A stretch of 64,000 nt of DNA from an uncultured Chryseobacterium sp. (lineage in GTDB: Bacteria > Bacteroidota > Bacteroidia > Flavobacteriales > Weeksellaceae), in NCBI GenBank assembly GCA_913778505.1, contig CAJYWD010000046.1, positions 10,566 to 74,565 of the forward strand, read 5' to 3'. Position 1 is the stretch's first letter. Each line of letters starts with the position of its first letter. The translations under genes were made by a program, and so were the position numbers. Under the pieces are notes generated by a model. That model was not told the origin of the DNA, searched no databases, and worked only from the letters and a program-made list of their open reading frames with translations. Of this stretch, positions 32,537 through 43,421 are shown piece after piece.

Positions 32537-35446
32537 TTAAAAAGTTAAATTAAGTCCCATAAGATAATTCCTTGTGGAAGGATTATTTGTACCAATAATA
32601 AGTTGTCTTGCCTGATATCCGCTCACTGCCTGGTTTTGATCACCAGTTGAGTTAGGCTCAGGGTCCATTCCAGAAAATTTATGGTATGGAGAGAATAGCA
32701 CAACAGGGTTTGTAACAGTGACGTAAATTTTCAAACCATTTATTTTTAAATCATCCAAAAATCTCTTATCAATATTATATCCTAATGTAATAGTCCGAAG
32801 CTTCAGATATGATGCGTCGAACATCGCAAGCGTTGATGAGTATCTTGGATTATCGCCACTTAAGTGTCTTCCAGGACGTGGAAAGTACGCATTGATATTC
32901 TGCTCTGTCCAGTAATCAACATCCACATTATTACCTCTTCCGGTAAGTCTGTTAAGATAGCTTGCCGAACCATAGAGCGAACTGATGAGAATACCCCCAT
33001 GCTGAAATGCTCCTACAGTGCTCAACTCAAAATTTTTGTATGAAAAACGCATATTAAAACCTCCCTGCCAATCCGGAGCCGTGTCAAAAATTTGTCTATC
33101 ATCTGCATTGATTGCTCTTACCGGCGTACCATCAGGGTTATATCCTCCAGTGTAAAGAACCTTGATTGAACCAACCACATCTGCCGCACTACCGGGTTCT
33201 AAAATATTTTGATATGGATCTCCTGCTTGCCAAAGTCCTATATACTGGTAGTCATATAGAGAATTGATATTGTGCCCCACAAACCATAGGTTGTTTACAT
33301 CACGTTGAGTTCCTGAAGCAAGGGATAAGATCTGATTCCTGTTCGTGTAGAAATTAACGCCTGCGTCCCATGAGAAACCGTCCGGATTATCTATGATAAC
33401 ACCATTTAAGCTTACTTCAAACCCTTTGTTTTCCGTCTCTGCCACATTGGACACAATTGAACCAATAGCTGTGGATGCTGGAAGATTTTTCTTTGTCAAT
33501 AGATCGTAAGTATGAGTTTTGTAATATTCGATACTTCCCGTAATTCTGTTGTTAAGGACTGCGAAATCTACCCCATAATTTTGAGTTTTAGAATATTCCC
33601 AACCCAGATCAGGGTTCGGCGCTTGGCTAACGTACACACCTGTACTGTTTGTGGTTCCGAAATTATATGGAGTTACAGTAAGTGCGCCTAAAGTTGAATA
33701 GGGAGCGACCGCCTGATTGGATGTCTGACCCCAACCAGCCCTGAATTTCAGGAGATTAAGAGCGCTGATATCTTTCATGAAAGATTCGTTAGTAACATTC
33801 CAGCCTAAAGATATTGCTGGATAGGTATGCCATTTATTTCCCGGAGCCAATCTTGATGAGCCATCTGCGCGTAGCGTGGCAGTTAGCATGTATTTATTAT
33901 CAAAGGTATACATCACTCTTCCCATTGCAGAAAGTAAACCGGTCTGCCAGTAGGTTTGATCTTCTGGCCTCACTGTTATATCCGCCTGTGGAGATTGTCC
34001 CAGATTGTAATATTGGAAAAAATCAGCAGGAACATTTTTTGCACTCATATAGGAGCTCGTATATCGGTTACCTTCTGCAGAATATAGTCCCACTGCATTT
34101 ATTTTGTGCTTACCAAATGTACGGTCGTAAGTCAATAAATTTTCCAAAACCCAATGGTAGGTTTGATTATTTCCTCTGCCAGCAGACGATGGACCCGTTG
34201 CGTTTGTATTAAAAACACCAACCCCAGTGTAATTGCCACTATTCGCTGTACGGTAATCTAATCCTACGTTTAATCTATACTTGAGTCCATTTAATGGCAG
34301 ATTAACTTCACCATACAAATTATTGTAAGAAGCGAAAGATTTAGTTTCATCTATATACTTGTCCCCTAGACCCTGAAGTGTTTTGCGAGTATAAATCCAT
34401 GTCTGGTCTATACCTCCGGCTGTGGTCATCACTCTTTTAAAACTACCATCCTGATTATAAGGATTGGCAATAGGTGAGTAACCGAGAACAGCACCGGGAT
34501 TGACACCATTTCCCTCTGATTTTGAAAAATTTGTATTTGAAGTCACACCAAACTTAAAAACTTTACCCACCTGCTGGTCAATAGCCATACGTAAAGCAAA
34601 GCGTTCATAACTTTGCAATGGAATTAGAGCATCCTGCTTAAAATATGATAATCCGACATTGTAATTTCCACCTTCAGTCCCACCGGAAACCCCAACATCG
34701 TGATTAGTTATCATGGCAGGCTTATAATAAAGTTTTTGCCAATCTGTATTGTTGGTAGCAGCTTCATCACCAGTCGTAGCATATAATGGCGACGTAGTTG
34801 TTTGTGTACCAGTTGGTGCAGGAGTTGCATAAGCTCTTAACTTTGCAAAAGTTGGTCCATCCATCATCGGATATTTTGAGAACAATGTTTGAACACCTGT
34901 AAAAGAATTGTAACTGAATCTTGGCTTCTGCCCCTTGGTCCCACGGTTGGTTGTTACTAAGATTACCCCGTTTGCTCCTCTAGAACCATAGATAGCCGTC
35001 GCAGAGGCATCTTTTAGGATATCAATACTTTTAATATCGCTGGAACTTATGTCACCCAATGATCCAACAAAGGGAATTCCATCCAAAACAATTAATGGAT
35101 TATTGTCTCCTGTAAGGGATCTTACACCTCTGATACGGATTTGCATAGCCGCTCCCGGTTTTGTCGATGTCTGTGTGATATCTACCCCTGCAGTTCTGCC
35201 TTGCAAAGCCTGTGTGATGTTGGCTGATGGTACTTCTCTTAACGCATCACCCTTCACCGTAGCTACAGATCCTGTAACCGCTTCCTTTCTCTGAGTTCCA
35301 TAGCCAATCACAACAACCTCCTCAATCTGCTTCTCCTTCTGTACAGTGTCTCGCTTGCTCTGTGCGTAAACAAGACCTGATGGTAACAAAGCCATTGCAA
35401 AAAACAATGCGGCTCTGTTGGTTTTACTTAAATGAAATAGATTCAT
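32537..35446 (-). CDS. susC: SusC/RagA TonB-dependent transporter
   Basis: 969 aa; IEEVVVIGYGTQ, ALQGRTAGV, IRIRG, PLIVLDG, ILKDASATAIYGSRGANGVILVTT, DLGWE, RNYLMGLNLTF. Confidence 0.96.
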   Translation of the reverse strand: MNLFHLSKTNRAALFFAMALLPSGLVYAQSKRDTVQKEKQIEEVVVIGYGTQRKEAVTGSVATVKGDALREVPSANITQALQGRTAGVDITQTSTKPGAAMQIRIRGVRSLTGDNNPLIVLDGIPFVGSLGDISSSDIKSIDILKDASATAIYGSRGANGVILVTTNRGTKGQKPRFSYNSFTGVQTLFSKYPMMDGPTFAKLRAYATPAPTGTQTTTSPLYATTGDEAATNNTDWQKLYYKPAMITNHDVGVSGGTEGGNYNVGLSYFKQDALIPLQSYERFALRMAIDQQVGKVFKFGVTSNTNFSKSEGNGVNPGAVLGYSPIANPYNQDGSFKRVMTTAGGIDQTWIYTRKTLQGLGDKYIDETKSFASYNNLYGEVNLPLNGLKYRLNVGLDYRTANSGNYTGVGVFNTNATGPSSAGRGNNQTYHWVLENLLTYDRTFGKHKINAVGLYSAEGNRYTSSYMSAKNVPADFFQYYNLGQSPQADITVRPEDQTYWQTGLLSAMGRVMYTFDNKYMLTATLRADGSSRLAPGNKWHTYPAISLGWNVTNESFMKDISALNLLKFRAGWGQTSNQAVAPYSTLGALTVTPYNFGTTNSTGVYVSQAPNPDLGWEYSKTQNYGVDFAVLNNRITGSIEYYKTHTYDLLTKKNLPASTAIGSIVSNVAETENKGFEVSLNGVIIDNPDGFSWDAGVNFYTNRNQILSLASGTQRDVNNLWFVGHNINSLYDYQYIGLWQAGDPYQNILEPGSAADVVGSIKVLYTGGYNPDGTPVRAINADDRQIFDTAPDWQGGFNMRFSYKNFELSTVGAFQHGGILISSLYGSASYLNRLTGRGNNVDVDYWTEQNINAYFPRPGRHLSGDNPRYSSTLAMFDASYLKLRTITLGYNIDKRFLDDLKINGLKIYVTVTNPVVLFSPYHKFSGMDPEPNSTGDQNQAVSGYQARQLIIGTNNPSTRNYLMGLNLTF

Positions 35447-35529
35447 AATTATTATTTTTAAAGTTAGTTTTTATAAGAAAGTTTTCGGTTCCAGTGGTTG
35501 AGATTGGCGCAACTCTCTTACATATTTTT

Positions 35530-36858
35530 CTAGATATACATATTCACGATAGCTTCAAATAGTTCCTGTTTGCCACTTTTTGGCATTGGCTCTCCGGATT
35601 CGTGGGCAATTTTCTGAAGGTCTTCCAAAGTAAGTCCGCCCTCTTCAAATGCTTTCCCATTACCGCTGTCAAATGATGAATATCTCTCGGTTCTCAGCTT
35701 GCTATAGTCCGAATGTTCAAGAATTTCCGCAGCCGCCAGAAGACCTTTCGCAAAAACGTCCATTCCTGAAATATGAGAAATAAAAAGGTCCTCAGCATCT
35801 ATGGAGTTTCTTCTGATTTTCGCATCGAAGTTGACACCGCCATTGCCGATACCTCCGGCAGGAAGAAGAACCAGCCACGCCTGCACCATCTCCAGGTAGT
35901 CTACCGGAAACTGATCGGTATCCCAGCCGTTTTGATAATCGCCTCTGTTAGCATCAATGCTTCCTAACATTCCTGCATCCACAGCAGCCTGCAACTCGTG
36001 CTCGAAAGTATGGCCTGCCAATGTAGCGTGATTGACCTCAAGATTCAGTTTAAAATCTTTGTCAAGGCCGTAATGTCTTAAGAATCCGATTACCGTTTCT
36101 GCATCATAGTCATACTGATGTTTTGTAGGTTCCATCGGTTTAGGTTCAATCAAAAATGTTCCTGTAAACCCTTGCTTTCTTGCATAATCTCTGGAGATGG
36201 TAAGAAACTGGGCAAGATGTTCCTTCTCACGTTTCATATCTGTGTTCAAAAGGCTCATATATCCTTCTCTTCCACCCCAGAACACATAATTTTCTCCGCC
36301 AAGCGCAATGGTAGCATCAATGGAATTCTTCACCTGAGTTCCTGCGCAGGCCACCACATCGAAGTTTGGATTGGTAGAAGCACCGTTCATATACCTCTCA
36401 TGTGTGAAAACATTCGCTGTTCCCCAAAGCAACTTTATTCCTGTTTCCTGCTGTTTTTGTTTTGCGTAATCTACTATAGTCTGAAGGTTTTTTTCATAAT
36501 CTTTCCAGTTGTCTGCAGGATCTACCAAGTCGATGTCGTGGAAACAGTAGAAATTGAAGCCCATTTTGGACATAAATTCAAAACCTGCATCCATTTTGTG
36601 CATTGCCCTGCTTACGGCATCGGTTCCTTGGTCCCAAGCATGATGAATGGTAGGTCCGCCAAACGGATCGCTGCCGTTAGCACACAGCGTATGCCACCAC
36701 GCCATTGCAAAACGTGTCCAGTCCTTCATTGGTTTTCCCATGATGATTTTATCTGCATCATAATATCTGAAAGCCATTGGATTTCTGCTTTCCTTGCCTT
36801 CAAATTTAATCTTGTCGATGCCTGTGAAAAATTCTTTTGTACCAGTTAAAGTGTTCAT
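35530..36858 (-). CDS. xylA: Xylose isomerase (class II)
   Basis: [62 protein letters not shown]. Start set at MNTLTG (36858), giving 442 aa. Confidence 0.97.
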   Translation of the reverse strand: MNTLTGTKEFFTGIDKIKFEGKESRNPMAFRYYDADKIIMGKPMKDWTRFAMAWWHTLCANGSDPFGGPTIHHAWDQGTDAVSRAMHKMDAGFEFMSKMGFNFYCFHDIDLVDPADNWKDYEKNLQTIVDYAKQKQQETGIKLLWGTANVFTHERYMNGASTNPNFDVVACAGTQVKNSIDATIALGGENYVFWGGREGYMSLLNTDMKREKEHLAQFLTISRDYARKQGFTGTFLIEPKPMEPTKHQYDYDAETVIGFLRHYGLDKDFKLNLEVNHATLAGHTFEHELQAAVDAGMLGSIDANRGDYQNGWDTDQFPVDYLEMVQAWLVLLPAGGIGNGGVNFDAKIRRNSIDAEDLFISHISGMDVFAKGLLAAAEILEHSDYSKLRTERYSSFDSGNGKAFEEGGLTLEDLQKIAHESGEPMPKSGKQELFEAIVNMYI

Positions 36859-36970
36859 ATTTTTATACTTGATTTTTTTTGTTAATGTTATTCGATTCAA
36901 AATGTAGATTCCCTTGCTCACTGATTTTTAACCGATGAGTTGGTGGCGAAAATTTTAATTTTTATTGGGG

Positions 36971-38455
36971 TTAAAGAATGTCTTTAAGATGATTTTTCCA
37001 TCGTGAATACGCTTCAAGATATTGTTCTCTTTTTTCGTGCTCCGGCTCTATCACAGCAATTTTCTCGAGTGAAGAAAAAGCTTCTTTGGAATCGGCGTAA
37101 AATCCGATACCCATCCCAGCAGCTCTGGCTGCACCTACTGCGCCATCCGTATCATAAAGCTCAATCTCTGCATTGCTGACGCTGGAAAGCGTCTGTCTGA
37201 AGATCGAACTCAGAAACATGTTAGCGTTTCCTGCCCGGATCACGTTGATATCCATCCCGATGTGCCTCATGATATCCATTCCGTATTCATAAGAAAAGAC
37301 GATACCTTCCTGTGCAGCTCTCAGAATATCTCCTTTCGAGTGGATGTTGAAGTTGATCCCGTGGATCGAACAGCTCGTATCCTTATTTTCCAGCACTCTT
37401 TCCGCTCCGTTTCCGAAAGGGATGATGCTTAATCCCTTGGAACCTATGGGCGAGAGTGATGCCATGTCATTCATATCACCATACGAGCCCAGAGATGTGG
37501 CAAAATTGTGCTTCAGCCAGGAGTTCAGGATGCCGGTACCATTGATACACAGCAATACACCCAGCCTGGTCTGATCCTCGCTATGATTAACGTGAGCAAA
37601 GGTATTGACCCTTGATAGCCTGTCATATTCCAGCTGATCCAAAACGCCGTATACTACTCCGGAAGTTCCGGCGGTAGACGCAATTTCTCCCGGGTTGAAA
37701 ACATTCAATGACAATGCATTGTTTGGCTGATCACCTGCTCTGTAAGAAATCGGGGTACCTTCTTTTAATCCCAGTTCCTGAGCAGCAGCTGCAGAAACCG
37801 TAGACTGGATTCCGAACGTAGGTACGATTTCCGGGAAAAAGCTTTTCGGGATCCCGTAATAATTGATGACATCTTCCGAAATGCAGTTGTTCTTAAAATC
37901 CCAGAAAATCCCTTCGGATAATCCTTCTATCGTGATTCCGATCTGTCCGGAGAGTCTCATCGCGATATAGTCTCCCGGAAGCATGATCTTATCTATTTTT
38001 TCAAAAATCTCAGGTTCGTTTTCTTTTACCCAAGCCAATTTTGAGGCGGTAAAATTTCCTGGAGAATTCAGTAAGTGCGATAAACATTTTTCTTCTCCGA
38101 TAGCTTTAAAAGCCTTTTCTCCATAAGGAACGGCACGGCTATCGCACCAGATGATGGAAGGCCTCAGCAGGTTCTGGTCTTTATCTACGAGAATAAGGCC
38201 GTGCATCTGCCAGGTGATCCCGATTCCTTTAATATCCTCCGCCTGTACGCCGGATTCGTGCATCACCGCTTCATGTGCAAGCTTAAGATTGGTCCACCAG
38301 TCGCCCGGGTTCTGCTCTGCCCAGCCCGGATGGATTGCAGTGATCTTCATTTCCTTTTTTGGAGAAAATTCGGATGCCACCACTTTTCCGCTGGATGCTT
38401 CAATGAGACAAACCTTTACGGATGAACTGCCTATATCGTAACCTAATAAATACAT
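36971..38455 (-). CDS. xylB: Xylulokinase (FGGY family)
   Basis: 494 aa; GYDIGSSSVK, AEQNP, QMHGL, IIWCDSR, NFTASKL, AGDQPN, TAGTSG; adjacent to xylA. Confidence 0.93.
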   Translation of the reverse strand: MYLLGYDIGSSSVKVCLIEASSGKVVASEFSPKKEMKITAIHPGWAEQNPGDWWTNLKLAHEAVMHESGVQAEDIKGIGITWQMHGLILVDKDQNLLRPSIIWCDSRAVPYGEKAFKAIGEEKCLSHLLNSPGNFTASKLAWVKENEPEIFEKIDKIMLPGDYIAMRLSGQIGITIEGLSEGIFWDFKNNCISEDVINYYGIPKSFFPEIVPTFGIQSTVSAAAAQELGLKEGTPISYRAGDQPNNALSLNVFNPGEIASTAGTSGVVYGVLDQLEYDRLSRVNTFAHVNHSEDQTRLGVLLCINGTGILNSWLKHNFATSLGSYGDMNDMASLSPIGSKGLSIIPFGNGAERVLENKDTSCSIHGINFNIHSKGDILRAAQEGIVFSYEYGMDIMRHIGMDINVIRAGNANMFLSSIFRQTLSSVSNAEIELYDTDGAVGAARAAGMGIGFYADSKEAFSSLEKIAVIEPEHEKREQYLEAYSRWKNHLKDIL

Positions 38456-38472
38456 GTCAATTTTGTCGTTTC

Positions 38473-39198
38473 TTATTTTATGAGCTTCGTGTTATTCTTT
38501 TTATACACTTTTGCGTCGAATTTGTAATATCTGGCAGCACGGTGCGATACGTTGGTCTCTATTTCATCTAGAGGGATGATGTAATTGAAGGACGAAATTC
38601 TCTTGTGAAAATTCTTGATATCAATCTTTTTCTCACTCAGCGCACAATACAATTGGTACAGTTGCCTGATGGTAAATTTCTTGGGCAGCAATTCAAAAAT
38701 AATGGAGAAATCCATCTCTATCCATCTGCGCACTTCTACCAAAGATTCATTGATAATCTTGTTATGATCAAAAGGCAGCGAGGGAATCTCATCAAACGGA
38801 TACCAATCTACGGTGTCATATTTGGTGCTGTTGATCTTGTGATCAATTTTGCAGAGTGACAGATACGCAACGGTGATTATCCTGTCGATATCTTGCTTGT
38901 ACTCTTTTCCCATCCAGCTGATATCGTTTGAATTATTAGCTCTTTCCGGATCTGCAAAGCATTTAAACTGTTTCAGAACCATCTTTTTAATTCCAGTCAG
39001 TTCATGTAATACACGCTGAGCGGCATCATCCACATCTTCATTACTGAAAATGAGACTTCCCGGCAACTTACGCTGTCTCTCGGCAGGCATATCTTCCGCA
39101 CGGCGCTGAACCAGTAAGATATTCAGCCTATTATCGTAATCGAAGCCGAAAACGACACAATCAACAGATACATACGTGTGGATAAAATTTGGAGTCAT
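38473..39198 (-). CDS. NrtR-family transcriptional regulator (Nudix sensor plus wHTH), XylR/AraR-like
   Basis: 241 aa; VSVDCVVFGF, degenerate Nudix box LPGSLIFSNEDVDDAAQRVLHELTGI, LPFDHNKII, FELLPKKFTIRQL, KNFHKRI, RAARYYKF. Confidence 0.9.
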   Translation of the reverse strand: MTPNFIHTYVSVDCVVFGFDYDNRLNILLVQRRAEDMPAERQRKLPGSLIFSNEDVDDAAQRVLHELTGIKKMVLKQFKCFADPERANNSNDISWMGKEYKQDIDRIITVAYLSLCKIDHKINSTKYDTVDWYPFDEIPSLPFDHNKIINESLVEVRRWIEMDFSIIFELLPKKFTIRQLYQLYCALSEKKIDIKNFHKRISSFNYIIPLDEIETNVSHRAARYYKFDAKVYKKNNTKLIK

Positions 39199-39225
39199 TG
39201 CTTTGTTAACATTTATGTAACATTA

Positions 39226-39233
39226 CAAATATA
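39226..39233 (-). promoter_or_regulatory. -7 promoter element for the regulator-xylB-xylA-susCD unit
   Basis: TATATTTG, 27 nt upstream of the regulator ATG. Confidence 0.6.
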
Positions 39234-39324
39234 AAAATACAATTGAATAAAAAAAATAATTTTTGCATTACACACTGCATATCAACCTATTACATATCGA
39301 TTTTTTATGATATCATATACATCA

Positions 39325-39350
39325 TTTTTATGATAAGCTTATCATAAAAA
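39325..39350. promoter_or_regulatory. Perfect 26-bp palindrome, candidate operator
   Basis: TTTTTATGATAAG|CTTATCATAAAAA. Confidence 0.45.
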
Positions 39351-39485
39351 ATAAACTTACTTGTTTGCTAATGCATCGGAATACAGCCCTTTAAGAAAAA
39401 ATGACTGACAGACTGGTTTTAAAAAAATTTAAGAAAATATTATGATAAGAATATTTAAAAATTGACCTGAAAATTTTTTTAAATA

Positions 39486-39504
39486 AAGTGTACGAAACAC
39501 ACTT
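39486..39504. promoter_or_regulatory. Perfect GT-N7-AC operator-like site upstream of the regulator
   Basis: AAAGTGT-ACGAAAC-ACACTTT (39485-39505); a TAATTTTG -7-like box lies at 39531-39538 on the minus strand. Confidence 0.65.
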
Positions 39505-39706
39505 TTTAGCATTTTTTGTTACCGTTTTGCCAAAATTAAATCACGAATTATCGTACTGAAAATGATAAATAAGGATTTTAATAGGAATTCCCAAATTCTG
39601 GAATCATTATAAACAAGAAAGTAAGGATACTGTAAAGGATCTCAATAAAGAATGTTAGAAACTTAGTTTTAATAGCATTAATTTACGATGGACATTAAAT
39701 TGACAA

Positions 39707-40396
39707 TCAGATATTTATGTCAGAACTATAACTTGGATTTTTCAGACGGTCTTCCGGTCTTCTGTACCAATACTCGGAACCGATGAGCAGAATTATTCCT
39801 AAAATTAAGCCGCCCAAAACGTCTGTGAACCAATGCGAGCCCAGATAGATCCTGGAATAGCCTGCGATAATGACAACGATAATACAGAGTCCCATCAAAA
39901 TAAACTTGAGCCAGGACTTCATTCCTTTAGCATAAAAAATGAGAATAGCTGCATTTCCGAAGAGGACGGTGTAGAACAGCGTATGACCACTGGGAAAGCT
40001 TTGAAAAGATGTTTTCTCGAGGATATTAACCAGATCGGCTGTAGGCCTGGGTCTGTCGACCAGCACTTTAACAATCCAGGAAACAACCCCAGTCAATAAT
40101 GTAGAGAGCATAAGAATAGAGTCTCGCTTTCTTTTCAGAAAAAATAAAAGCACCGAAATTGATACAGTAATAAGGATTGCAGAAGGTACATTGCCAAAAA
40201 TACTAAAGGCGACCATCACTGCGTTCACACGCTGCGGATCTGTGGGCTGAAGGTGCGAGGAAACCACCTGATCTACATGGATATTTTCATGACTGATGAC
40301 CAGCCACGTGAGCATCAGGAAAAGCGCTGCAAGAACGATCAGCAAAATTATTCGGTATGTTGTTTTATGGAAAGCCAAAGCGGAAATTGAACTCAT
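39707..40396 (-). CDS. PAP2-family membrane phosphatase
   Basis: 229 aa hydrophobic; K.LVDRPRP, SFPSGH, SRIYLGSHWFTDV. Confidence 0.92.
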   Translation of the reverse strand: MSSISALAFHKTTYRIILLIVLAALFLMLTWLVISHENIHVDQVVSSHLQPTDPQRVNAVMVAFSIFGNVPSAILITVSISVLLFFLKRKRDSILMLSTLLTGVVSWIVKVLVDRPRPTADLVNILEKTSFQSFPSGHTLFYTVLFGNAAILIFYAKGMKSWLKFILMGLCIIVVIIAGYSRIYLGSHWFTDVLGGLILGIILLIGSEYWYRRPEDRLKNPSYSSDINI

Positions 40397-40417
40397 TATT
40401 GGTAGAAAGTTGAATTT

Positions 40418-41791
40418 TTATTTAAACCGATGATTGGAATCACTGCTCACAAACATCGCATTACGGTCTTCGGAAATGATATTGATAAAGCGTTCGTAGT
40501 GCTTTAGAACGTCGGAAATCAGCTCATTCTTAGTAAACAATTTCACGTCATAGTCTTCCCGGCTGTTGCCGAAATAGGATTTGGGGTATAAAACTTCCTG
40601 CTGATCTTCCGATGGCCAGTTGTCTTCTTGCAGTAAATCCTCGGCAAGAGTTTTTGATTCTTTTTTGACGCCGTAAATAAAATTATTGATCACATCATAC
40701 CGGATTTCAATTTCGATGCTTTCAGATAAATTATTCTGATTGATTGTGGCCGAGATACCGTTAGCTTCAAATTCCGAAACTAGCTCCGTGAAGGCCTGAT
40801 GAACTGTCGTGTTGATAAAATTTTCCGTAGATGGAGCATCATTAAAAGACAACATCTGCTGAAGCCGCTGCTTCCACTGATCGCCAGACCACGGTACCGT
40901 AGTTCCGGAAAACTCCTTTTCGTAATATTCTTTGTTAATCATCAATGCCCTGGTAAGACTGACAAGGAACAGCAGCATAATAATAGAAAATGGTAGTGCG
41001 GTAATCAGTGTCATGCTTTGCAGTGCCGCCGGACCTCCGGGATTGAGTAACATTAAAGCTAAAACCGCCAGCAGAACGCCCCATCCTATTGTTTGCCATT
41101 TGGGTGAGATCTTCGCATTTTTCGTAGCAATACTATTCATCACAAAAATTCCACTGTCCGCAGAAGTGACAAAAAAGATCACAATGATTGCGATCAGCAC
41201 GTAACTAAGGACCTGTGTAAACGGTAGATAGTTAAGAAACCGGAACATCAGACCATCCGGATTGCCAGCCATTTCGCTCAGATAACCTTTCGCAACGGTC
41301 ATATCAAAGTAAATGGCGCTGTTTTCAAAAACAGTCATCCAGATAAAATTAAATAGAGTCGGCAAGATCAAATAAAAAAAAGTGTAAAGCTGTGCGTTCT
41401 GTGCCCGCTTCACCGCTGGCAACGCTGAAAAGATATCTTCCGAGTAATGCTGCACAGGCTCTGCCACGCTAAAATACATTAATCCGATTCCCATTCCTGC
41501 TGCAAAAAGCATAGAGATCAACGAAAAAAAACTGTACGATGGCTTGCTGTCATTAGCGCCCAGCCGAATGTTATCATAACTGCTGGTCACGATATACATT
41601 AGGAATAATACAATAAGTGTTACAGACCAGACATAAACCCAGTTGAAATTGACAAAAATAAAATTTCCCACACCATCCAGGCTCTGTTCCGTAGCCATTG
41701 CAAATAGGGCAGAAAGCATAAAAATGCCAATGATGAATGCCAGGCTGGGCAGTACGATTCCACGTTTTAGAGTAGTTCTCAGTTTAATCAC
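40418..41791 (-). pseudogene. BCCT (BetT-like) transporter with a large in-frame internal deletion
   Basis: Has SMLFAAGMGIGLMYFSVAEP and FFVTSADSG plus the BetT C-terminal domain, but jumps from AQLYTFF to YLILPTLFNFIWM. The HWG.HAW, KG.K.LS and WAWWISW segments are missing. Confidence 0.8.
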
Positions 41792-42131
41792 CGTTAAGAG
41801 TTGTTAACTATTTCAGAACACACTTCAAAACTCTTGCCGAGGTTTATTTTCAGGCATTATCTGCAGCCCATTCATAACTCAGTGAGGGCAGCTTCATCGC
41901 TACTATTTTAATTGATTTGTAAAGAAAAAAAAGTGGAATATTTTGTTTAATTTTTTTTTAACCACTTTTGTAAGACCAAGTATGATTAAATAACCTATTC
42001 ATCTGTATTTCATCCCTACTTCATGTGCCAGCAATATTGAGCCAGTTATTATCACGCACAACCGTGAAAGCGCTGCGCCGGCGCATTATAATAACAGATA
42101 ATTAACGCTTTTCACTATTTTTGCAAAAAAA

Positions 42132-43421
42132 ATGATGATCAACAAAATATTTAATTTCATCAATCTTCATAACGGTGAAGAAAGAAAGGATAAAGTACTG
42201 GAGAATGTAGTCTCCAATATCTCTTTCCGAGGTTCCAACCTCTGGATACTTGCCTGTGCAATCATTATTGCTTCAATAGGTTTAAATGTCAACTCTACAG
42301 CGGTGATTATCGGAGCGATGCTTATTTCTCCGCTGATGGGACCGATCGTTGGTGCAGGTTTCGCATTGGGAACGTACAATTTTTCGTTGTTGAAGAAATC
42401 GATTAAAAATCTTTTGATCGCAACTATCGTTAGCTTAGCCGTATCAGCTATTTATTTTTACATCAGTCCTTTTAAAGATGTACAGTCTGAGCTACTGGCC
42501 AGAACATCTCCCAATATTTATGACGTCCTGATTGCTTTCTTTGGTGGTCTGGTGGGTGTGATTGCCATTACAAGGACTGAGAAGGGAAATCCGATTCCTG
42601 GTGTGGCCATTGCAACTGCTTTGATGCCACCTCTCTGTACAGCAGGATTTGGACTCGCTACGATGAATTTAAGCTATTTCTTCGGAGCTTTTTACCTCTA
42701 CACTATCAACTGCTTTTTCATCTGTATTGCTACATTTTTTGTTGTTAAATTCCTTCAATACCCATCGTCAATCATCGATAATAAGTACGAAAAAAGAATC
42801 CGCTACGGCATCTCGATATTGATCCTGGTAATGATTGTTCCAAGTTTTTATCTTGCGTACAACCTGTTTAATGAGAAAAAATTCACAAAAACGGCTGAAC
42901 AGTTCGTGCAAAAAGAATTCGAAAACAAAGGCTACACAGTCATTTACAAAAAAATAAGTTACAATGCGAATCCGAAAATTATAGATGTGGCTTTCCTCAA
43001 CAAGAAGTTTACAAATCAGGAAATCGCTACCTTCAACAAGTTACTTCCCGATCATGGTCTCGCCGGTACAAAACTGATCATCAGGCAGAATGATACAGAT
43101 ATCAAATCCGAAATCCTGAGCGAAATAAATAAGTTCGACACCAACATCTCAGAGAAAGACATTGCTATTTCAAAACTCAGACAGGAACTCGATGCTTATA
43201 AAATATCAGACTCTACTCTTTTGAAAGAAATCGAAATCCTTTATCCTAAAATGAAGAATATCTCCTATGGTAAAATTGAACAATATCCGCTTACGGACAG
43301 CGCAAGACTTCAGTTTACTCTGGTTTATTCTGGAAATGATGTTAATAAAGCACAACTAAAAAACTGGCTTCAGAAAAGGTTGAATGAAAAGAATATTTCA
43401 TTAATTACAGTACAAGAATGA
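42132..43421 (+). CDS. DUF389 domain membrane protein
   Basis: 429 aa; AIIIASIGLNVNSTAVIIGAMLISPLMGPI, ELLARTSP, PGVAIATALMPPLCTAGFG. Confidence 0.9.
   Translation: MMINKIFNFINLHNGEERKDKVLENVVSNISFRGSNLWILACAIIIASIGLNVNSTAVIIGAMLISPLMGPIVGAGFALGTYNFSLLKKSIKNLLIATIVSLAVSAIYFYISPFKDVQSELLARTSPNIYDVLIAFFGGLVGVIAITRTEKGNPIPGVAIATALMPPLCTAGFGLATMNLSYFFGAFYLYTINCFFICIATFFVVKFLQYPSSIIDNKYEKRIRYGISILILVMIVPSFYLAYNLFNEKKFTKTAEQFVQKEFENKGYTVIYKKISYNANPKIIDVAFLNKKFTNQEIATFNKLLPDHGLAGTKLIIRQNDTDIKSEILSEINKFDTNISEKDIAISKLRQELDAYKISDSTLLKEIEILYPKMKNISYGKIEQYPLTDSARLQFTLVYSGNDVNKAQLKNWLQKRLNEKNISLITVQE

Noticed and set aside
30569-35446. susC/susD codon usage looks more A/T-ending than the flanking GH43 genes
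   Set aside because: Could reflect expression-level bias, and my spot counts were variable; needs a GC3 computation before claiming transfer.
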